From an uncultured Verrucomicrobiota bacterium (GTDB taxonomy: Bacteria; Verrucomicrobiota; Kiritimatiellia; RFP12; UBA3636), in the NCBI GenBank assembly GCA_946612175.1, contig CAMOEO010000001.1, positions 1 to 31,925 of the forward strand: a stretch of 31,925 nt of DNA. Direction: 5' to 3'. Below are positions 7,947 through 20,600 of this stretch, one piece after another (the first letter of the stretch is position 1; every line of letters begins with the position of its first letter). The notes beneath the pieces are model-generated. The model was not told the origin of the DNA. It did no database searches and was given only the letters and a program-made list of their open reading frames with translations. Position numbers and translations under genes: made by a program.

Positions 7947-8277
7947 GAAATGGTGATTGTTTATTCCGGCGAACAACTCGATACCATGACTGGTTTGGTT
8001 TTTAAATAATTCGATTAATAAAAACAAGAAACGATTTGAAATTCCGGGGCGAAAGGGGAAGGGGGAACTCCGTCCTATCGGTGTTCTCGGACGGTCCAGA
8101 AAACGATCTATTCAAAAATTGCCAAGGAATTTGCGTCAAATCTGTGACTAGAGTCCTTCTACGAAGGAGGACGGCATTTTCCCCTTGTAGAACGCGCCCC
8201 TTTTTGATACGATACAGACCTCGCGACCTCCCAGCGCGGTAGGTTGCCCTCAAACCCCGCCTCCGGAACCTTTTTCC

Positions 8278-10869
8278 ATGACCAACGAAAACCATCGCCG
8301 AACCATTTCCCGTCTTTGGCTCCTCGCCTTTGCCGGTATCGTCGCCGTTCTCGTCGCTCCGTCCGAGGTTCGTGGAGCCGAGCTTGCCGCGCGACCGGTC
8401 CTGCCCTATGCGTCGTATGCGTCATTGTCCTCGAAGGATTCCCGCCGTCCCGTCAGCGCTTTCGCCACGGAAGCGGGTGTCTACGAACTGGATCTCGTGA
8501 AAAAATGCATTCGCGTCTGGCCCCGCACCCCGAAAGGCGGCGAGCTGGAGGCCTGTCGGTTCAAGGGAATCGACGGGGACGGGAAGGGAGTAGTCTTTTC
8601 GAGTCCGAAGCGGATGGCGAAACGGCCCGGAAGCAACCTTGTGGCGGTGGTCGACGCAAGCATCGCCAACGAGAACTTTGGCTTAACCCCCGGCGTGTCG
8701 TTCTACGAGTTCGCGGAAACGAAAGACTCCGCGGGAACGCTGACGTCGGTCACATTCTCGTTCAAGGGGCGCTTCGAGCACGAGCTGCTGCGCTATGCCG
8801 AGGACGTGGCGTTCTTCCCCGACGGGGCTCTGTTCGACTTCGCCGTCGCGGCGACCTACGAGAACGTGTCTTCCGTCGACGGGGAGGCTCGGCAGTCCTG
8901 GATCGTGCTTGGTACGGGGATCGAATCCCCCGCTCTGGCGGACGTTTTCTTTGCTGTCCGCGACAAGGCCGCGTATACCAACGCGGAGCCGAGCGCCGCC
9001 TGGCCCACCTCCCTGGCGGTCGATCCCGAGGACGGCTCGACCGTCTGGGCCGGCTCCCGGAGCATGAATTCGGCCCTTCGCTACGATGGGACGGGCGGGG
9101 ACTACGTCAGTGAGGTCATCCGCTGGACCTGGGTCCATGAACTGGTAGGCGGTCCGACCGGGCATCCCGGCGCCGGAAGCCACTTCGAGCCCGCGGTCGA
9201 TCCGAATCCCTGCGGCGTGGCGGATTTCGTCATCGGCAGGCTGGACGAAGGGGGCTCGGCGAACGGAAAGATGGGCGCGCCCGGAGGAATCCATCTCGCG
9301 AACACTTCCGCCGGGAAGCTGCTCGTCGTCGCGGATATGGACAACCATCGCGTCGCGGCGTTCGACGAGTTCGGAGCCGAGCGCTTCTGGCTCGGCGTGC
9401 AGGGAACCGGGCCGGCGGAGTTCACGAACCCCCAGGGCGTCTGGGTCAACGACGACGCCACCGAGCTCGTCGTCGCCGACACGGGCAACGGCCGCGTACA
9501 GATCTTTTCGCTCGAAGGCGTCGATCTCGGGCCCGATCCGACGGTTTCCCTTTCCGGTTTCACCACGGTTTCCTGGGAGGACGGCGCCGAAACGATCGCG
9601 CGCACCAATGCCGTCTTCTTCCTGGAGAACGATGCAACGCCCGTGACCAATTGGCTCGTGGCCGCCGTCGCCTGGTCCGAGGATCGCTCCTTCCCCGCCT
9701 CGATCTCGTCATCGGTCCCCGGAGCCGCCACCCTGGTTTCCGACACCGTCACGATTCCGGCCGGCGAGACCCGCGCCCCCGTCGTCTTCTACGCCCTCGA
9801 CGGCTCGGCGGAGGGAACGGAGTGCACCGTTATGGTCGGCGATCTTGAGGGATCGTTCACCATCTCCAACGCCCCTCCCTCCCTCCTTACCGGAACGGAG
9901 GGAACCCCGACGGACTCCCTTCCCCATTCGTATGCGTATGCCGAAGGCGTTCCCGCCGAGACAGCCAACGCGGATTTTGAGGTTCGCTACGCGGGCTACA
10001 CGGGTACGGCGCTGCCGTTCCACGCCCGGGCCTTCGACGTGGACGCAGACGAGCCCCTTGAATACAAGTGGCGCATCGTCGGTACGTCGTCCTCCTCCTT
10101 GAGGCTTGTCCGGACCTACTACACGAACGTCGTCGAGACGGGCATCCCACCCACGAGGACGTTTGTCCAGATTCCCGAGGAAGATGCCCTTTCGTTTCCC
10201 GACGGTCCGAACGGAGGAAAGCTGCTGATTTCCACCAACGAGACGCTGAATGTGGCGACGAACTACTTCAGGAACATTTCCACGGGCCAGTGGGAATCCC
10301 GGCTCACAACCAACCGCTGGGAGTTCGTCGTCACGACCAACGAGCTCTTCGCCGCGGAATTCGAGACCGTCAACCAGAATCCCGCCACCTGGGCGCGCCT
10401 CTTTTTCGATGGTACCGACTACGACTCGTACATTGCGGAGGACGTCTCCCTCGAAGGGGCCGACGTCGAGTTCGAGCCCCAGCCGGACATTCTTTATTAT
10501 TTCGCGGTTTTGACCGTCACCGACAAGGACGGCGCGTCCGTCCGCTCGATTGATTCGGCGGGGGAGGTCTACTGGTGCTTCCGGTCCCGCGGGGAGGCGC
10601 CTTCCGACCCCGCGGTCTATTCCGCCGTCTTCACGGCCATCACGGCCACGAACCTCGTCTTCGAGGTTCGCGTCGAGTCGGGCGATCCAGCCCCCGGGGA
10701 TACCGTCACGCTGGAGAGTTCCACGACGCTGGTCGGACCCGACTGGCAGCCGTTCGGAGATCCGGTGGACGTCGGAACACCGGCCGCCTCCGGCGAAGAC
10801 CCCGTCGTCATCGAAATTTCGCCTATCGAGGGGGCCGACGCCCGCTTCTTCCGCGTTGTCTTCCCCTAG
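8278..10869 (+). CDS. Secreted NHL-repeat (beta-propeller) protein with Ig/PKD-like domains and a C-terminal TL[EQ]x4LxxPxW...FFRV domain, 863 aa
   Basis: Signal peptide ...LWLLAFAGIVAVLVAPSEVRG/A. NHL repeats GAPGGIHL...LVVADMDNHRVAAFD and EFTNPQGVWV...LVVADTGNGRVQIF. Downstream beta-rich segments (ISNAPP, LEYKWRI, LTVTDKDG). Confidence 0.8.
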   Translation: MTNENHRRTISRLWLLAFAGIVAVLVAPSEVRGAELAARPVLPYASYASLSSKDSRRPVSAFATEAGVYELDLVKKCIRVWPRTPKGGELEACRFKGIDGDGKGVVFSSPKRMAKRPGSNLVAVVDASIANENFGLTPGVSFYEFAETKDSAGTLTSVTFSFKGRFEHELLRYAEDVAFFPDGALFDFAVAATYENVSSVDGEARQSWIVLGTGIESPALADVFFAVRDKAAYTNAEPSAAWPTSLAVDPEDGSTVWAGSRSMNSALRYDGTGGDYVSEVIRWTWVHELVGGPTGHPGAGSHFEPAVDPNPCGVADFVIGRLDEGGSANGKMGAPGGIHLANTSAGKLLVVADMDNHRVAAFDEFGAERFWLGVQGTGPAEFTNPQGVWVNDDATELVVADTGNGRVQIFSLEGVDLGPDPTVSLSGFTTVSWEDGAETIARTNAVFFLENDATPVTNWLVAAVAWSEDRSFPASISSSVPGAATLVSDTVTIPAGETRAPVVFYALDGSAEGTECTVMVGDLEGSFTISNAPPSLLTGTEGTPTDSLPHSYAYAEGVPAETANADFEVRYAGYTGTALPFHARAFDVDADEPLEYKWRIVGTSSSSLRLVRTYYTNVVETGIPPTRTFVQIPEEDALSFPDGPNGGKLLISTNETLNVATNYFRNISTGQWESRLTTNRWEFVVTTNELFAAEFETVNQNPATWARLFFDGTDYDSYIAEDVSLEGADVEFEPQPDILYYFAVLTVTDKDGASVRSIDSAGEVYWCFRSRGEAPSDPAVYSAVFTAITATNLVFEVRVESGDPAPGDTVTLESSTTLVGPDWQPFGDPVDVGTPAASGEDPVVIEISPIEGADARFFRVVFP

Positions 10870-10920
10870 CCGAAGGCACTGAATCTTTTCCTTCCCTTTT
10901 TCGTCAAAACCATTGGCATC

Positions 10921-11604
10921 ATGAACAACTCCCTCCTCCACGCCCTGCTCGGCGCCGCGATCGTCGCGGCTTCGACTGGTTTCGCCCTCGCGGACGATCC
11001 CGCGCCGGCTCCCGCCGAGGCGCACGACTCCGGCCTTTCCGCCCAGGATCGGCCCGTTCCCGGCCGATCCGATCGCACGATGACGCCCGAGATGCAGGAA
11101 TACATCGCCCGACTCGAGAAAATTCGTCACGAGCGTGACGCGCAGGCGCGCGCCGCGCTGAAGGCGGACAGGGACATCGAGGAGAGAAAGGACGCCATTG
11201 CGGAATCGGACGAGAAGGTCAAGGTTCTGGTCGACAAGGCCGCCGAACTCCGCGCCTCCCTGGAGGAGACCGAGAAGGCCCTCTCCGAGGTCTGGGACGC
11301 CGACGAGGAAATTCTTCGCCTTCGCTCCGTGCGCGTGGCGGCGGAAGCCGCGCGCGTTGCGAAGCAGCATGAGATGCAGACCGCCGTTCAGGCCGCCATG
11401 CGCGCCCGGTCCGCTTCCGAAAAGGGCGGCGCCCCGGACATCCGGTCCGTCGAGACCGCCCGTCGGGAGGAAGCGGAGAACAAGCCCCGCATCCTGATCG
11501 GCGGCAAGGACCCCGAGACGTTTCTTTCCGAGCTTCCCGGCGGAACCAACGGAAACGTCCGCCTCGTGCTTCCCCATCCCCAGACCCCGTCTTCCGCCGA
11601 ATAA
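10921..11604 (+). CDS. Exported acidic alpha-helical/coiled-coil hypothetical protein, 227 aa
   Basis: Signal peptide MNNSLLHALLGAAIVAASTGFALA/DD. About 110 aa of charged heptad-like helix (EMQEYIARLEKIRHE...AMRAR). Lies 51 nt after the upstream gene and 45 nt before the downstream gene. Confidence 0.75.
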   Translation: MNNSLLHALLGAAIVAASTGFALADDPAPAPAEAHDSGLSAQDRPVPGRSDRTMTPEMQEYIARLEKIRHERDAQARAALKADRDIEERKDAIAESDEKVKVLVDKAAELRASLEETEKALSEVWDADEEILRLRSVRVAAEAARVAKQHEMQTAVQAAMRARSASEKGGAPDIRSVETARREEAENKPRILIGGKDPETFLSELPGGTNGNVRLVLPHPQTPSSAE

Positions 11605-11649
11605 CTCCCTGCATTTTCCCCCTTTGATTCAAGAGAAAGGACAACCACG

Positions 11650-14600
11650 ATGAACCTCTGGAATCCCTCCCTCCGCCCGTTCGCCCTCCTCGCCGCCCTG
11701 GCGGCCCTTTCGTTGCCCGCGCGCGCGGACACGCTCTTCTACGGTGGGGACGACCCCTGGACCGTCCCCACCGAATACAACGGGGTCGCCGCCGAATGGC
11801 CCTTCGAAATCTACCGTGGCGACGCGTCGAGCGCGGCGCCGCAGCAGGTCAAGGCCACTTCCAGCAATCCGGCCGTCGTCCTCGTTCGCGCGGAAAGCAG
11901 GCCGAATGCAGGGTCGTCCGCCACCGTCACGCTCTACAAGGATCCGCAGACCGATCCGACCCGGGCAACGTACGTCGCGACGTTCTACCTCGTTCCGCAG
12001 GCGGCCGGCAATGCGACGATCACCGTGCAGATGACGACCGATTCTTCGACCGCCCCCATTGCGTTCAATGTCACCGTCACCGGCTCCTCCGCGACCCGCC
12101 GCATCTCCTTCCCCGATTATCCCGACCGCAACGTCATCATGCCCGAGGCCAACTCCCGCCTCGTCCAGTTCCGCCTCGGTTCGGACGTTCCCACGGCCAC
12201 GGCGTTCCAGATCACCTGCGACAAGACGGACTACGACGGGAAGGTGTCCTTCCCGGCGACCGTGAGCGTTCCCTCCGGCAACAGCGGCACGTTCACCATC
12301 TACGGCCTCGACGGGTCCTACAGCTGCGGCCTTACGATCACCGACCCGAACGGCAACTACGACAACGCCCTCCTCAACCTGATGGTCACGAACGTTCCTC
12401 CCAGAATTCAGGTCAGTTCGGATTTCGAGAACCCGACCCCCTGGGGCGCCACGGTCTTCAAGAACCAGGACGTTCCGTTTCCCGTCGCCGCGGTAGGAGC
12501 GACCGACAGCGCCGCCGACCAGAACAACCTGACCTATCGCTGGTCCTTCGCCGGCTCGTCCACGACCGACCCGAACGCCGTCTTCACCAATTCCTGGTCG
12601 AGCCCCACCCAGGACGGCGGCTACAACCTTATCTCCATCACGGTGTCCGACGGTGAACTCTCGACGGTTGGTTTCTACTCGGTTGTCGTCCAGGACTCCG
12701 TCACGCTCTACACGGACACCACCGATCCGGGAACCGGCCTCGTCCACAACGGCGGCGTGGCCCAGGCCACCACCTTCCGCGTCACCAATCCCGTCGGCAT
12801 CGACTGGGCGCTCTTCGACGGAACGATCGGAAAGGCTGAGGTCGGTCCGACGACGCCGGTCACGTTGAGCGCCATCCTCGAGGATGGATCCTACCCCTTC
12901 GGCTGGTTCGGCGACACCGAGTATCTTCGCGCCCCGGGCGCGACTCGCGTCCCCAATGCCAACCTCAAGGCGATCGTCTCGATGCCAGACGAGGGCGACG
13001 CCACAATCATCTATCTTGCTTCCTACCCCTATTACCACGTCGTTCCCGGAAAGGGGTCCGAAGGCATTGGCGTCTACGAGCCCAGCCCCCTCAACAACGT
13101 CTGGACGGATCCCTTTGGCGATTTCGACGGCGATGGTCTTTCCGACACCTGGGAGGCCTGGTGGTTCCAGAACGGCATGGAGGAGGCCACCTCCGAAAAT
13201 GTCACCACCATTCCCGTCGGCATTCCCACGGGAGACTACGGCCCCTCCGGCAACCTCGACGAGGACTGGCTTCCCACCCTCGTCGAGGAGACTGCGCCCG
13301 ACGCGCAGCCCGGCGCTCCGAAGGCCGGCTGGCCCGTCGTCGTTACCGATTCTACGACGGGCGAGACGCGGACCAACCGGGTCTTCGTCCTCAAGTATCC
13401 TCTCGACTTTTCCACCGGAGGACAGACCTACAACAAGTCCGCCGCCGAGGAGAAGCCTCTCTTCGCAAACTTCGTCGAATACCGCGGTCTTCGCGAGGAT
13501 CGCACCGGCGGTGACGGCACCGACGCGATGAATCTCGTCCGCTACGCCCCTCAACTCGTCAACCAGCGCGGTACCTACGGCGACCGCAACAACTGCGCTG
13601 GCACCGATCCGAATCTCCTCGATACCGATACCGACGGCTTCTCCGACGGCTGGGAGTGGTATTTCTGGACCACGATCAAGTACGGCGTCCACGCCGAGAA
13701 CTGGCGCGCATGGGATCCGACCTACACCTACTACAGCACCGCCTCCGCCACCGCTGGCTTTCCGCTGCTCGAGACGGACGATCCGCTCGACTTCGCCTTC
13801 GACGTGGAGCCGACCAAGCTCTACGACATCGACCCCGCAGCCGGCACCTACCTCACGCAGTACGTGGTGGACAATGCAGTCCTGAACGACAACGGCGTCG
13901 TTCTTCCCGTTGTCGCAGGCTCCGTCTCGATCGAGTTCGACGGCTCGTCCTTCACCCTCTTCGAGCTTTCGCCGGTCATCGCCAGGCAGGTCGGCGTCAA
14001 TCCCAAGGACGAAAACGGAAACAGCCGTCTGTTCTACGTCCTCTACAAGGATTCCGACGGGGACGGCGTTCCCGACACGCCCGTCTACAACGCCACGACC
14101 GGCTTCCCCGAGTTCCGCGCCCTCTCCGGCGCCTTCGTGAACGACCTCTCCGGACAGATGCTGATCCCCGGCTGGCAGACGCTGACCCGCCTCGACGGCG
14201 CGGTCTCCTTCGACATCGCGCAGGATACGGCGATCCACGTCTCCCTCACGCGCCAGAACGGCCTCTTCCCCAAGGAGTTCCTCCTCTCCCGCTTCGATCC
14301 CATGAACTGGGACCAGTATCTGAACGGAGACATCGCGAACCGGATTTCGGCCGCCGGGTTCAATCGCGACAACTGGGATCCCACCTCAGACCTCGACGGC
14401 GACGGCGTTCTCGACATCGAGGAATACGAACTCGGCACAGATCCCCTCCACTGGGACACCGACCGCGACGGCATGCCCGACGGCTGGGAGGTCCAGCGAG
14501 GCCTGCTCCCGCTCGATCCGCGCAACGACGTCAATGGCTGCGGCCCCGGTGACAACCCCGACGAGGACTACATGGCCTATGACGCCACCGGCACGGCCAA

Positions 14601-17600
14601 GCACGCCGATGCCTACCGCGCCGATCTCGCCAACGAGGTGTACTGGAACGGACGCACGTTCACCGGCTATCGCCCCGGGCGCGGCGTCTTCCCCTCCCCC
14701 AGTTCCTTCACGATGGAATACGAGCAGGGACTTCGCAAGTATACGCTGATGGTCATGACCGGATTCGGCGGCGGAAAATACGGAAACCTCGAGGAATTCC
14801 TCTATTCCTACTACGGCGCCGCGCACGGATTCTGGTCCCAGGTCTATCCCACCAAGGGCGATTACAACTGGGCCAGCACGACGACCGATCCCTGCAGCAA
14901 CGACACTGACGGGGACGGCCTTCCCGACGGCTGGGAGCCGTATGTCGGCTACAGTCCGATCGTTCCGAACTCGAAGACGCCCGAGGATCTGATGGAGGGC
15001 ATCGGCTACAGGTTCGATCCCGACCATCTTGAACAGCCGCCGATCTGCCAGGGTCCTCCCTTCGATCCGGACCTAGACTACGACCAGGACTACGACGAGG
15101 CCGTCGACCTGACCAAGGAATTCTCCTGCCTCTGGGCCAACATGCTGTGGCCGCAGGATACTACGACCACGATCGGCGACGGAACCGAGGTCGTCATCCA
15201 CGGCTTCCCGGCGTATGACGGCTGGTACAACAAATGGATGCCGACCGACCCCTGGAACGCCGACACCGACGGCGACGGCCTCACGGACTTCCAGGAGTAC
15301 GTCGATCTGGCCGACGGCAACGGCGACGGGGAACCCAAGGCCAACTTCAACCCGACCTGCTCCGACACGGATCTGGACTGGCTTCCCGACGGCTGGGAGT
15401 ACTTCATGGGTCTCTACGCCTACGAGCAGCTGCCCAATCTCGATGCCTCGTACCTCGACGACGAATACGGCCCGTTCGGCGACCCCGACGGCGACAAGCT
15501 CGCCAACTACCAGGAATATCTGACGGGCGCCAACTACGGCTGGCGCCATGACCGGTGGTATCCCCTCTCCAAGGAGAACATCTGGGTCCCGCAGCGCCGC
15601 ACGTCCATCGAAACCCACAAGTGGGATTCCATGACACCGTGGGACTGGCCCTACGACCCTGGCCTCTACCCCCAGTACGGGCCTACCGTCCGAGCCCATG
15701 TCTACAGCCCTGTGGACTTCTTCTCCGTTCCTGTTTCCGGCACCACCATCGCCCGCGGCATGGAGGCCTTGAAGGCTCTCGAGAAACGGTGGGAATACAC
15801 GGTTGCCGACTCCCCGTCGATGGAGCAGGAGACGCTCGCAGCGCGCCTCCAGCGCGTCTACGAGATCATCTACAACCCGCAGACCGGACGCAACATCCCG
15901 CTCGCCGACGGAAACCCCGACCGCGACGCCACGGCCTCCCTGTTCCTGTATGATACGGATCCGGCCTATGACGCCAACTACAACTATGACGGCATTTCCA
16001 TCCCCGGCAAGAAGTACTTCCATCACCATTCCCGGGCCGAGCACGACGCCATCGTCGCCCTCTTCGAGAACGTCGGAAGCTGGATCTATTCCTATGCGCA
16101 GCGCGGATACGGATGGGATCTGGCGGGTAGCCTCGTCAGCGGCGGCGTCTATATGCCGCTCAACGACAATTCCACTGGCTACGGATTCCCCGGAACCCGG
16201 CCGAGGCGCGTCGATTCCGACAACGACGGCATGCCCGACTACTGGGAAATCTACCACGGCATCAACCCGTGCTATGGCGGCGATCGCCTGCTCGGCAAGG
16301 CCGGCGACACGACCGACGGCGACCGCGCCGACCGGGATGACATGGGCGACGGATCGACAGACAACTGGCTCATGGGCTGCGATCCGAACTATGTTCTGAA
16401 CCTCCATTTCGCGTTTCGTCCTCCCTATCGCTGGCCGATCGCCCGTAAGGAGAAGGCGGGCTGGTGGAAGTCGCCGGAGGACGAATGGGTCCCCTATTCC
16501 TTCGGCGACGCGATCACTACCTCGTTCGGCCCCGACATGCTGGGCAACTACTATATGGAGTGGGCCCACTTCGACCTTGTGAACCGCCCGTGGCTCTCCG
16601 GCGACCGCGCCGCCGACTGCGACAAGGACGGCGTCAACAACCAGGAGGAGTCCTACAGCTTCTTCGCCAACGACCTCCAGCACCATACCGATCCATCGCC
16701 CTACTGGCTCACCGATATGAGCCAGACCGTCGGAAACTTCGGCCAGAACGCCTCCCACGTGAACCTCTACTACAACGGGTCGGACTACGGCGCCGCCAAA
16801 ATCTGGTGGTGGGCCGTCCCGTTCAACGGAGGCCTGACGGATTCCCCTCAATACGTCTGGGACTTCGAGACCTCCGAGGGCTACGACACCGACAACAACA
16901 ACATCGGCGACCGCGAGGAACTCGCCAGTGTGAGTACCCGCGGCAAGACAGATCCTCTCGATCTCGACAGCCCGATCTCCCGCAAGGCGATGTACTTCGA
17001 CGGCCACGCGGCCTGCCGCACGCAGCGCCCGTTCTACCACGACCAGTACGCGCTCACCTCCCATACCGTCGAGTTCTGGGTGCGTCCGCACGCCTATCCC
17101 GCGCCCGGGAAGATCGCGACGCTCCTCCACCGTCCGGTCATGATGCCCGTCGACACCCTCTCCGGCGCAAAGGCCTGGTCGATCCGCAACACCTTCCATG
17201 TCTACATGGACGAGACCGGCACGGTGTTCGCCCAGGTCGACAACGACGGCATCGAGCAGCCAGCCAACAGCGCGGTCGTCATGAGCTCCGGCCGCCTTTC
17301 CCTCGACAAGTGGATGCACGTTGCCGTGGTGATGGACTCCCAGAACGACGACCTCACGCTCTACCTCGGCGGCGAGTTCGCGGGCCACGTCTCCAACTCC
17401 CTCAAGCCCTGCACAGGCACCATCATGTCCTCGGCCTACCGCGAATGGTACACCGCCAACGGCGGCGGGTCCAACGGCCTCGTCACCGTGAGCACCACGA
17501 CCGTCAACTTCGACTACAGCCCTGCCCCGATCGTCGTCGGCGCCTACGAGACGAACCCGTGGGGCGTCGTCGGCGGCAAGCTCTGGAGCAAGACCGAGTC

Positions 17601-20600
17601 TCAGTTCGACGAGAACCGGTTCTTCACCGGATGGATTGACGAGATCCGCGTCTGGGACCGGTGCCGCTCCCAGGCCGAGATCCGCAACAACATGATGCGC
17701 CGCTTCACCAAGGACGACATCGAGCCCATCAACCGGGCCCGCTGGGTCTGGGACAAGCAGAACCTCTACCGGACGGACGCCGAGGCGAACTTCCCGCAGA
17801 AGCTGCTCTACCACTACTCGTTCGACAACCTTCCGGACGTCATTCCCGATCCGGCCCGAAACGACGCGACCACCTTCTTTACCGACACCGACCCCGTGCC
17901 GATGGGCTGGAGCGAGATCTCCTCCATCCGGCCGGTTCCGTTCGTGCCGTGGTGGTATGTGGCGGACAACCGCAGCACTGCCTACGCGACGGACTTCTCC
18001 TACGTTCCGTTCATCGAGAACACCGTCGGCCATCTGGCGCAGAAGCCCCCGCGCGATATCTCCGAGATCGTCCCCGTCTACGACGAGGCCACGCTGGACT
18101 TCCGGGGCTTCCGCTACCGGCGGTCCAACGACTGGGCCATCGAGGCCGAGGCGATCATTGAGAGCGGCGGCGCGGGGACCGTCGAGATCTTCTACACGAC
18201 CAACCTGCTGGGCGGCAATCTCGGCACCTCCGACCTTTCCTACGAATACAGCGGCCCGAGCCTTCTCTCCGAGTCGCTGCTGAACAACTCCATGAACCCC
18301 TACGGAGACGGCTACAACACCTTCGTTCGCGGCACATACGAGTACAATCCCTGGAACTTCGGCGGCGCGCTCGACCGCTACGGAGTCTACGAGGGCATCC
18401 CGATCCACTCCGACATGGTGCCGCTTCTGGACGCCGTTGCCGACATCGATGTTCCGATGTGGGACGGATCGGGCCGCGGAAGCGAGAACAGCGCGGTGGA
18501 CTCCGACGGCGATGGCATCCCCGACTGGTGGGAGATCGCCCATGGCCTCGATCCCACCGATTCGTCGGACCGCAACGGAGCCTACGGCGATCCGGATGGC
18601 GACGGTCTCGACAACTGGGCCGAGTACTGCGCCGGAACCGATCCGTTCTCCTTCGATACGGATTCCGACGGATACTCCGACTACTACTCCCGTTCGGACA
18701 AGACCTCCCTCACCTACGGCGAGTTGTACGACGACGGCGACGGCATGGACAATTACTGGGAGCTGGAGAACGGTCTCGATCCCGAGAGCTATGACGCCCA
18801 TCTCGACCCGGATCATGATGGATGGACCAACGCCGAGGAGTTCATGGCGGGAACCGATCCGCAGGATGCCAGTTCGTTCCCCCGGCCGAGCCTTCGGGCG
18901 ACGTTCCACTATGACGGGGAGGCAGAGGATTCCTCCGCGATCGTCGTCCACACGTTCGGCGAGCGTTCGTCCGGCGACCGGATGGGCGGAGCCATCGACG
19001 GCAAGTACAGTGTCGCCCCGAACATCTCCTACGGCCGGATGGTCTTCGGCGCCGACGGCGTCGAGGTCATCGGGGGCGGAAACCAGTACTACGTGACCCA
19101 TATCCCCTACGGGCACGTCGCGGCGGCGACCCTCGACTTCCAGCGCCACCAGCTGGACGGAGCCGTGTGGACCTGGGTGGACGTCCAACTCCCCCTCGGC
19201 CATGCGAACGAGGAATACGGACTCTTCGTCTCCGACATCGGCGGAGTCGTCGGCCTCGACTACGAGACGGGAACGATCTTCTGCTCCGCCGAATACGCCG
19301 GCCGGTCCTTCCAGCTCTCCACGACCATCGACGGCCATGCGTTCCCGTTCACCGAGGAGCGGATGCTTCGCACCGCCTACACGCATCTGATCGGAGGCTG
19401 GAACCGGTTCTTCGGCTTCATCGACGTCGACCATAGCGGCGACTATACCGTCGGCGAACCGGCCGGCATCTCGACCCCGCGCCCCGTCTATGTCGGCTGG
19501 GATCGCGCCGATGTCGAGATTCCGTTCACCGACGAACTCTACGGCTTCCCGCGCTTCTCCTGGCCCGCCGCGACCAACGAGAACGTGAACGCCTACAAGG
19601 TCTACATCTGGAACGGAAGCGGGCAGTCCGCCCTCGTCCGCGAGGACGGAACCTTCGTGAACGGCATCGTCATCGACGCGCCCCGCACCTACATCCACGA
19701 GGGCGATTTCATCCGCCACGGCGTCTACGGAATCAACGGAGGCACCGCGGCGACGGACGCCTTCTCGTGGACCGTCGCTTCCGACAACGGTCTCGAGGAG
19801 ACGGTCATCGCGGAAGGGACGTTCGTCTCCTCCGCTGTTCCGAACGTGGGCGCCCGCCGCGCGATGTCCGCCAAGAATCCGATCTCCTACGCGACGGTCA
19901 ATGGCGCCGTCGTTGAGCTGCAGTGGGAGATGGACTGGCGCAACGCCGGCGTGAACATCACCATCGAGAAGGTCGACGGCGCCGACGCGGGCGTCAAGAT
20001 CGACAATCTCTGCGTCCCGCTGCCCATCCGCCACGGCAAGTCGTCCTCCCTCGACTACTACTACACCGCCAAGCCCCAGCTGGAGAGCGGAAAGTCGTTC
20101 GTGTCCCTGTCGAGCGGCACGTATCGGTACAGGATCGTCGAGCGGCCGAAGAGCTCCGCCGTCTCCGCGCAGTCCGTGGAAGGGTATTTCCGGCTCGTCA
20201 ACGACGACTCGGCGCGCGACACCTTCTCGGTCTCCGGCGATGTGAAGTACTTCGGAAAGGTGATGCAGAATTCCGATCTGACGACCCTCGGCACGGCTGC
20301 CGCCGGTGCAACGGATTTCTCCGCCGTGATCCCGGCCGCCATGCTCGGCACCATCGCCGGAAGCGGCGCCGCGATCCAGCTCCGTAGCGGCTCGGACGTG
20401 GTCTGCACCTTCTCCGCCAGCGGCACGTCCGGCATCCTGATCGTGGACGGCTCCCCGGATTCGCTCGGCTGGTCGGGATCGATCGACTACGAGACGGGCA
20501 GGGTTTCGCTGCTCTTCGACGGACCTCTCTCCGCCTCGTACAAGGTTGTTCTCGTGGCGAGGACCTTCGCAAGCGGCGTTCCCCTCGTCGTCCGCGCCTA

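Noticed and set aside
7882-8082. 13-bp direct repeat CCGTCCTATCGGT at 7882-7894 (mnmG 3' end) and 8070-8082, as a possible att site
   Set aside because: Short, no integrase in the window and no matching copy at the far end of the operon. Chance cannot be excluded.
7947-8277. Riboswitch or oriC in the AT-rich mnmG-NHL intergenic region
   Set aside because: Short hairpins exist (CCGTCC/GGACGG and GTCCTTC/GAAGGA), but I could not match a c-di-GMP or other riboswitch consensus, and there are no TTWTNCACA boxes. A covariance-model search (Infernal/Rfam) would settle it.
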